DNA of 64,000 nucleotides from Candidatus Margulisiibacteriota bacterium (GTDB lineage Bacteria; Margulisbacteria; Termititenacia; CAZZFK01): NCBI GenBank assembly GCA_042562495.1, contig JBHPMC010000004.1, positions 405 to 64,404 of the forward strand, read 5' to 3'. Shown piece by piece: positions 61,084 to 64,000 of this stretch (position 1 is its first letter; each line of letters starts with the position of its first letter). The notes under the pieces were generated by a model. It saw only the letters and a program-made list of their open reading frames with translations, ran no database searches and was not told where the DNA came from. The position numbers and the translations under genes were made by a program.

Positions 61084-62106
61084 ATGGATATTAAACAAGC
61101 CATCAACAAAGTTGTCGAAAAAAAATCCTTAACCGAAACCGAATCCTTTGAGATCATGAACAAAATGATGAGCGGTGAAGCCTCCCCGGCTCAGATCGGC
61201 GCTTTTATAACTGCGCTTAGAATGAAAGGTGAAACTATCGAGGAAATCACCGGCATGGCTAAATCCATGCGCAAATTCGCGCAAAATATCACTCCTCAAC
61301 ACGAACATCTGGTGGACACCTGCGGCACAGGCGGCGATCACAGCGGTACCTTTAACGTTTCAACTACTGCTTCTTTTATAGCAGCAGGTGCGGGAGTGGC
61401 CATTGCCAAGCACGGTAATCGTTCTGTCACTTCTAAATCAGGTAGTGCGGATGTCTTAGAAGCTCTGGGGATTAAGATCGATTTGAAACCTGCCCAAGTT
61501 GAAGAATGTATCAATAAGGTAGGCATAGGTTTTATGTTCGCACCCATCTTCCACGGCGCTATGAAACATGCCATTGGCCCGCGCAAAGAGATCGGAATTA
61601 GAACTGTCTTCAACATCTTAGGTCCGCTTACCAATCCCGCCCATGCTACGGGGCACCTGCTGGGCGTTTTTTCCAAAGACATCGTCGACAAAATGGCAGA
61701 GGTCCTAAAGAACGTCGGAGTACAGCACGCTTTTATCGTGAACGGCGAAGGGAACCTGGATGAAATATCGATCACCGGCCTAACAAATGTTGCCCATATT
61801 AAGGACGGCAAGATCAAAAAAGAAACGATCGATCCGGAAAAGCTAGGTTTTAAAAAAGCTAAATCACTTGCTGACATCAAAGGCTTTGATGCAAAAAAGA
61901 ACGCCGAGATCGTTCTGGAAATTCTTTCCAACAAAAAGCCCGGCCCCTATACTGATATTTCTATTTTGAACGCCGCGGCGGTCATTGTGGCCGGCAATAA
62001 AGCAAAGAACCTGGCTGATGGAGTAAAGCTTGCCAAGCAATCGATAAAATCAGGTGCAGCCCTGGCAAAACTTAACTCTATGATCGAGTTCACCAACAAA
62101 TGCTAG
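61084..62106 (+). CDS. trpD: Anthranilate phosphoribosyltransferase
   Basis: 340 aa. Contains DTCGTGGDHSGTFNVST and KHGNRSVTSKSGSADVLEALG. Confidence 0.9.
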   Translation: MDIKQAINKVVEKKSLTETESFEIMNKMMSGEASPAQIGAFITALRMKGETIEEITGMAKSMRKFAQNITPQHEHLVDTCGTGGDHSGTFNVSTTASFIAAGAGVAIAKHGNRSVTSKSGSADVLEALGIKIDLKPAQVEECINKVGIGFMFAPIFHGAMKHAIGPRKEIGIRTVFNILGPLTNPAHATGHLLGVFSKDIVDKMAEVLKNVGVQHAFIVNGEGNLDEISITGLTNVAHIKDGKIKKETIDPEKLGFKKAKSLADIKGFDAKKNAEIVLEILSNKKPGPYTDISILNAAAVIVAGNKAKNLADGVKLAKQSIKSGAALAKLNSMIEFTNKC

Positions 62107-62837
62107 ATAAGATCTTAAAACATAAGCAAATAGAAGTAGCCCAGCTGAAAAAAACGACCAGTACCGATACCTTTCTGCAGCAGATCGATGCCACACAAAC
62201 CAGAGATTTCGCCAATGCTATCTCCCAAGCCGGGAAAATAAATGTCATTGCGGAGATCAAAAAAGCCTCCCCTTCCAAGGGAGTACTCATAGAGCATTTT
62301 AATCCGGCCCAGATCGCCGGCGATTATACTTCGATCGGTGCGGCTGCATTATCAGTTTTAACTGACGAGAAGTTCTTTCAAGGCTCTAATGACAACATCT
62401 CACTGGTCAAACAGGTCTCCGAATTGCCAATTTTGCGTAAGGATTTTATTATTGATGATCTTCAGCTCTACGAATCCAGGGCCATTGGCGCCGATGCGGT
62501 GCTCTTGATCGCCAGCATCTTAACTGCTGAAGAGATCAGCTCCTTTTTAAAGACTATTCACAAATTAGACATGGAAGCTCTGGTCGAAATACATAATGAA
62601 GATGATCTAAATAAGGTGATGAATATAGCTGGCATCAGGATCATAGGCATCAACAATCGTAACCTAACGGACTTCAAGGTCGATCTCAATACTACTAAAA
62701 TGCTGCTGCCCAAGATCCCCAAAGACAAGATCATTGTCAGTGAAAGCGGGATGTTCAAAAAAGATGATATCCCCCAGGGTGTAAACGCCGTCCTGATCGG
62801 CGAAGGCCTGCTTAAGAATAGCTCTCTCATACAATAA
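62100..62837 (+). CDS. trpC: Indole-3-glycerol-phosphate synthase
   Basis: 245 aa. Contains IAEIKKASPSKG and ILRKDFIID. Confidence 0.9.
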   Translation: MLDKILKHKQIEVAQLKKTTSTDTFLQQIDATQTRDFANAISQAGKINVIAEIKKASPSKGVLIEHFNPAQIAGDYTSIGAAALSVLTDEKFFQGSNDNISLVKQVSELPILRKDFIIDDLQLYESRAIGADAVLLIASILTAEEISSFLKTIHKLDMEALVEIHNEDDLNKVMNIAGIRIIGINNRNLTDFKVDLNTTKMLLPKIPKDKIIVSESGMFKKDDIPQGVNAVLIGEGLLKNSSLIQ

Positions 62838-62851
62838 TTAGTGGTTTTAAC

Positions 62852-62971
62852 AGGGATTCTTCGCCCGTGACATACTTATGCCCTGGATATAGTCAGAATG
62901 ACAGAGGTAGTACGACAACTATCATTCTGACTATTACCAGGATAGAAGTATTATATGGACGAAGAATCCCT
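62852..62971. repeat. Nested palindromic element, copy 2 (~120 bp), between trpC and the GIY-YIG gene
   Basis: Outer inverted repeat: agggattcttcgccc (62852-62866) with ggacgaagaatccct (62957-62971), 14/15. Inner inverted repeat: cctggatatagtcagaatga (62882-62901) with tcattctgactattaccagg (62922-62941), 18/20. Confidence 0.8.
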
Positions 62972-62980
62972 TTATTACTT

Positions 62981-63295
62981 CTACACCAGTTTAAAATCCC
63001 GCCCCAGATCCTTCCAATTAGGATTAAAACCTCGGATAAGTGCTTCTTTTTTCTGTCTTACCCATCCTTTTAACATCTTCTCTTTTGCTATTGCTGTATA
63101 TATACAACCAAAAGTTTCAAAATATACTAATTTGTTTACTGAATATTTTTTTGTAAAACACTTCTTGAAGCCGTACTTATGTTCAATTACACGTCTTTCT
63201 AAGTTATTGGTAATACCAATATATAATGTACCCGACCTGCTAGCCATTATATAAACATAGTATGTGCGCATTTGTTGTTTAGACGACCTGGCCAC
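62981..63295 (-). CDS. Small GIY-YIG nuclease-family protein (COG2827/YhbQ-like)
   Basis: 104 aa. YYVYIMASRSGTLYIGITNNLERRVIEHKYG is the GIY-YIG signature. It is antisense to the surrounding trp genes. Confidence 0.85.
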   Translation of the reverse strand: MARSSKQQMRTYYVYIMASRSGTLYIGITNNLERRVIEHKYGFKKCFTKKYSVNKLVYFETFGCIYTAIAKEKMLKGWVRQKKEALIRGFNPNWKDLGRDFKLV

Positions 63296-63328
63296 AGCTC
63301 TGGTTCTTTTTCTATATTTCAGATATTT

Positions 63329-63337
63329 TGGTATAAT
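63329..63337 (+). promoter_or_regulatory. Extended -10 element (TGGTATAAT) immediately upstream of trpF
   Basis: TGGTATAAT spans 63329-63337, and the trpF ATG at 63348 follows 10 nt later. No SD lies between them. Confidence 0.45.
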
Positions 63338-63347
63338 CTTTCCTCAA

Positions 63348-63971
63348 ATGCCAAAGATCAAGATATGTGGAATAACTAATTTAGAAGATGCCGAGAATGC
63401 CGCCGCCTTAGGCGTGGATGCCCTCGGGTTTATCTTTGCTAAAAGCCCGCGTAAGGTCACACCAAAAACAGTTAAAGAAATAACCCAACAACTTCCCCCT
63501 TTTATAACCAGGGTCGGTGTATTTGTTGATGAAGATGTAGATAATGTGAACCAGATCGCCGAAGAATGCGGCTTGGATGCTATCCAGCTGCATGGCTTGG
63601 AAACCGTGGAATACTGCAAATTGGTCAAACGTCGGGTGATCAAAGCCCTTAGAGTAAAAAAAGAAACCAGCTTGAAGATCTTGGAGCATTATAAAGATGT
63701 AGCTTGCGCTTTTCTTTTGGATGCTTATGATCCCGATAAACCGGGCGGCACCGCCAAGACCTTTGATTGGGGCCTAGCCGCTAAAGCGCAGAAGAAATTC
63801 AAAAAACCTATAATTCTTTCCGGTGGATTAAATGCCACCAATCTGCCTAAAGCCTTAAAGACCCTGCACCCTGATGCAATTGATCTGAACAGCGGAGTAG
63901 AATCTGCTCCCGGCAAAAAAGATTATAATAAAATGCAGGAAGCCATCAAGATCATCCGCGGCCTTAAATAG
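63348..63971 (+). CDS. trpF: Phosphoribosylanthranilate isomerase
   Basis: The start is taken at MPKIKICGITNLEDA. Contains DAIQLHG and LSGGLN motifs. The track ORF adds 28 spurious codons that overlap the GIY-YIG gene. Confidence 0.9.
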   Translation: MPKIKICGITNLEDAENAAALGVDALGFIFAKSPRKVTPKTVKEITQQLPPFITRVGVFVDEDVDNVNQIAEECGLDAIQLHGLETVEYCKLVKRRVIKALRVKKETSLKILEHYKDVACAFLLDAYDPDKPGGTAKTFDWGLAAKAQKKFKKPIILSGGLNATNLPKALKTLHPDAIDLNSGVESAPGKKDYNKMQEAIKIIRGLK

Positions 63972-64000
63972 ATCTATTTTCTGCAACAATCGTTTATAAC

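Noticed and set aside
61338-61934. 198-aa minus-strand ORF
   Set aside because: It is entirely antisense to trpD, whose identity is unambiguous. Its product is Ser/Pro/Ala-rich nonsense typical of shadow frames.
1-64000. Scan for CRISPR arrays, tRNA/rRNA genes, transposases, reverse transcriptases/DGRs and toxin-antitoxin pairs
   Set aside because: No regularly spaced direct repeats were seen. No intergenic region is long enough to hold rRNA, and no tRNA-like T-arm consensus was noticed in the spacers. No ORF carries transposase, integrase or RT motifs. A tRNAscan/Infernal run would be needed for certainty.

Overview
Coding-dense, AT-rich (judged by eye) bacterial chromosome segment that reads intact in the standard code. 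I found no rRNA, tRNA, CRISPR array, transposase or integrase. The organism appears to be a diderm anaerobe. It carries LPS and outer-membrane genes and a four-subunit pyruvate:ferredoxin oxidoreductase. It also shows Firmicute/cyanobacterium-like synteny (tmk-holB-yaaT, dnaX-ybaB-recR, a ycf45-like R3H ATPase). Phylum cannot be assigned from sequence alone.

Layout:
- 1-20.5 kb: one long minus-strand envelope run (lptD, a lipoprotein, lnt, lpxB, rfbD, msbA, glycosyltransferases, DegT aminotransferase, and a complete GDP-D-glycero-alpha-D-manno-heptose pathway: gmhA, hddA, and an hddC-gmhB fusion). It is interrupted by efp and a small unannotated membrane gene.
- 20.7-30.0 kb: a plus-strand cluster of three large orphan proteins (about 532, 945 and 1489 aa) with no signal peptides and no family I can name. 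This is the best candidate for an undescribed system.
- 30.0-33.6 kb: a 798-aa TPR protein and an LptF/G permease.
- 33.6-47.6 kb: housekeeping genes (rpsU, HIT, yaaT, holB, tmk, R3H ATPase, hup, porGDAB, recR, ybaB, dnaX, alr, PHP, phospholipid genes).
- 47.6-53.7 kb: gpmA, a TRAM-less MiaB-like enzyme, prs, and a trk operon with two extra small genes.
- 54.5-64 kb: PBP1A, then a tyrS / split-TSUP / trpEGDC / trpF run. The trp part is interrupted by two related nested palindromic elements and an antisense GIY-YIG gene.

All functional calls rest on motifs recognised by eye. No searches were run.
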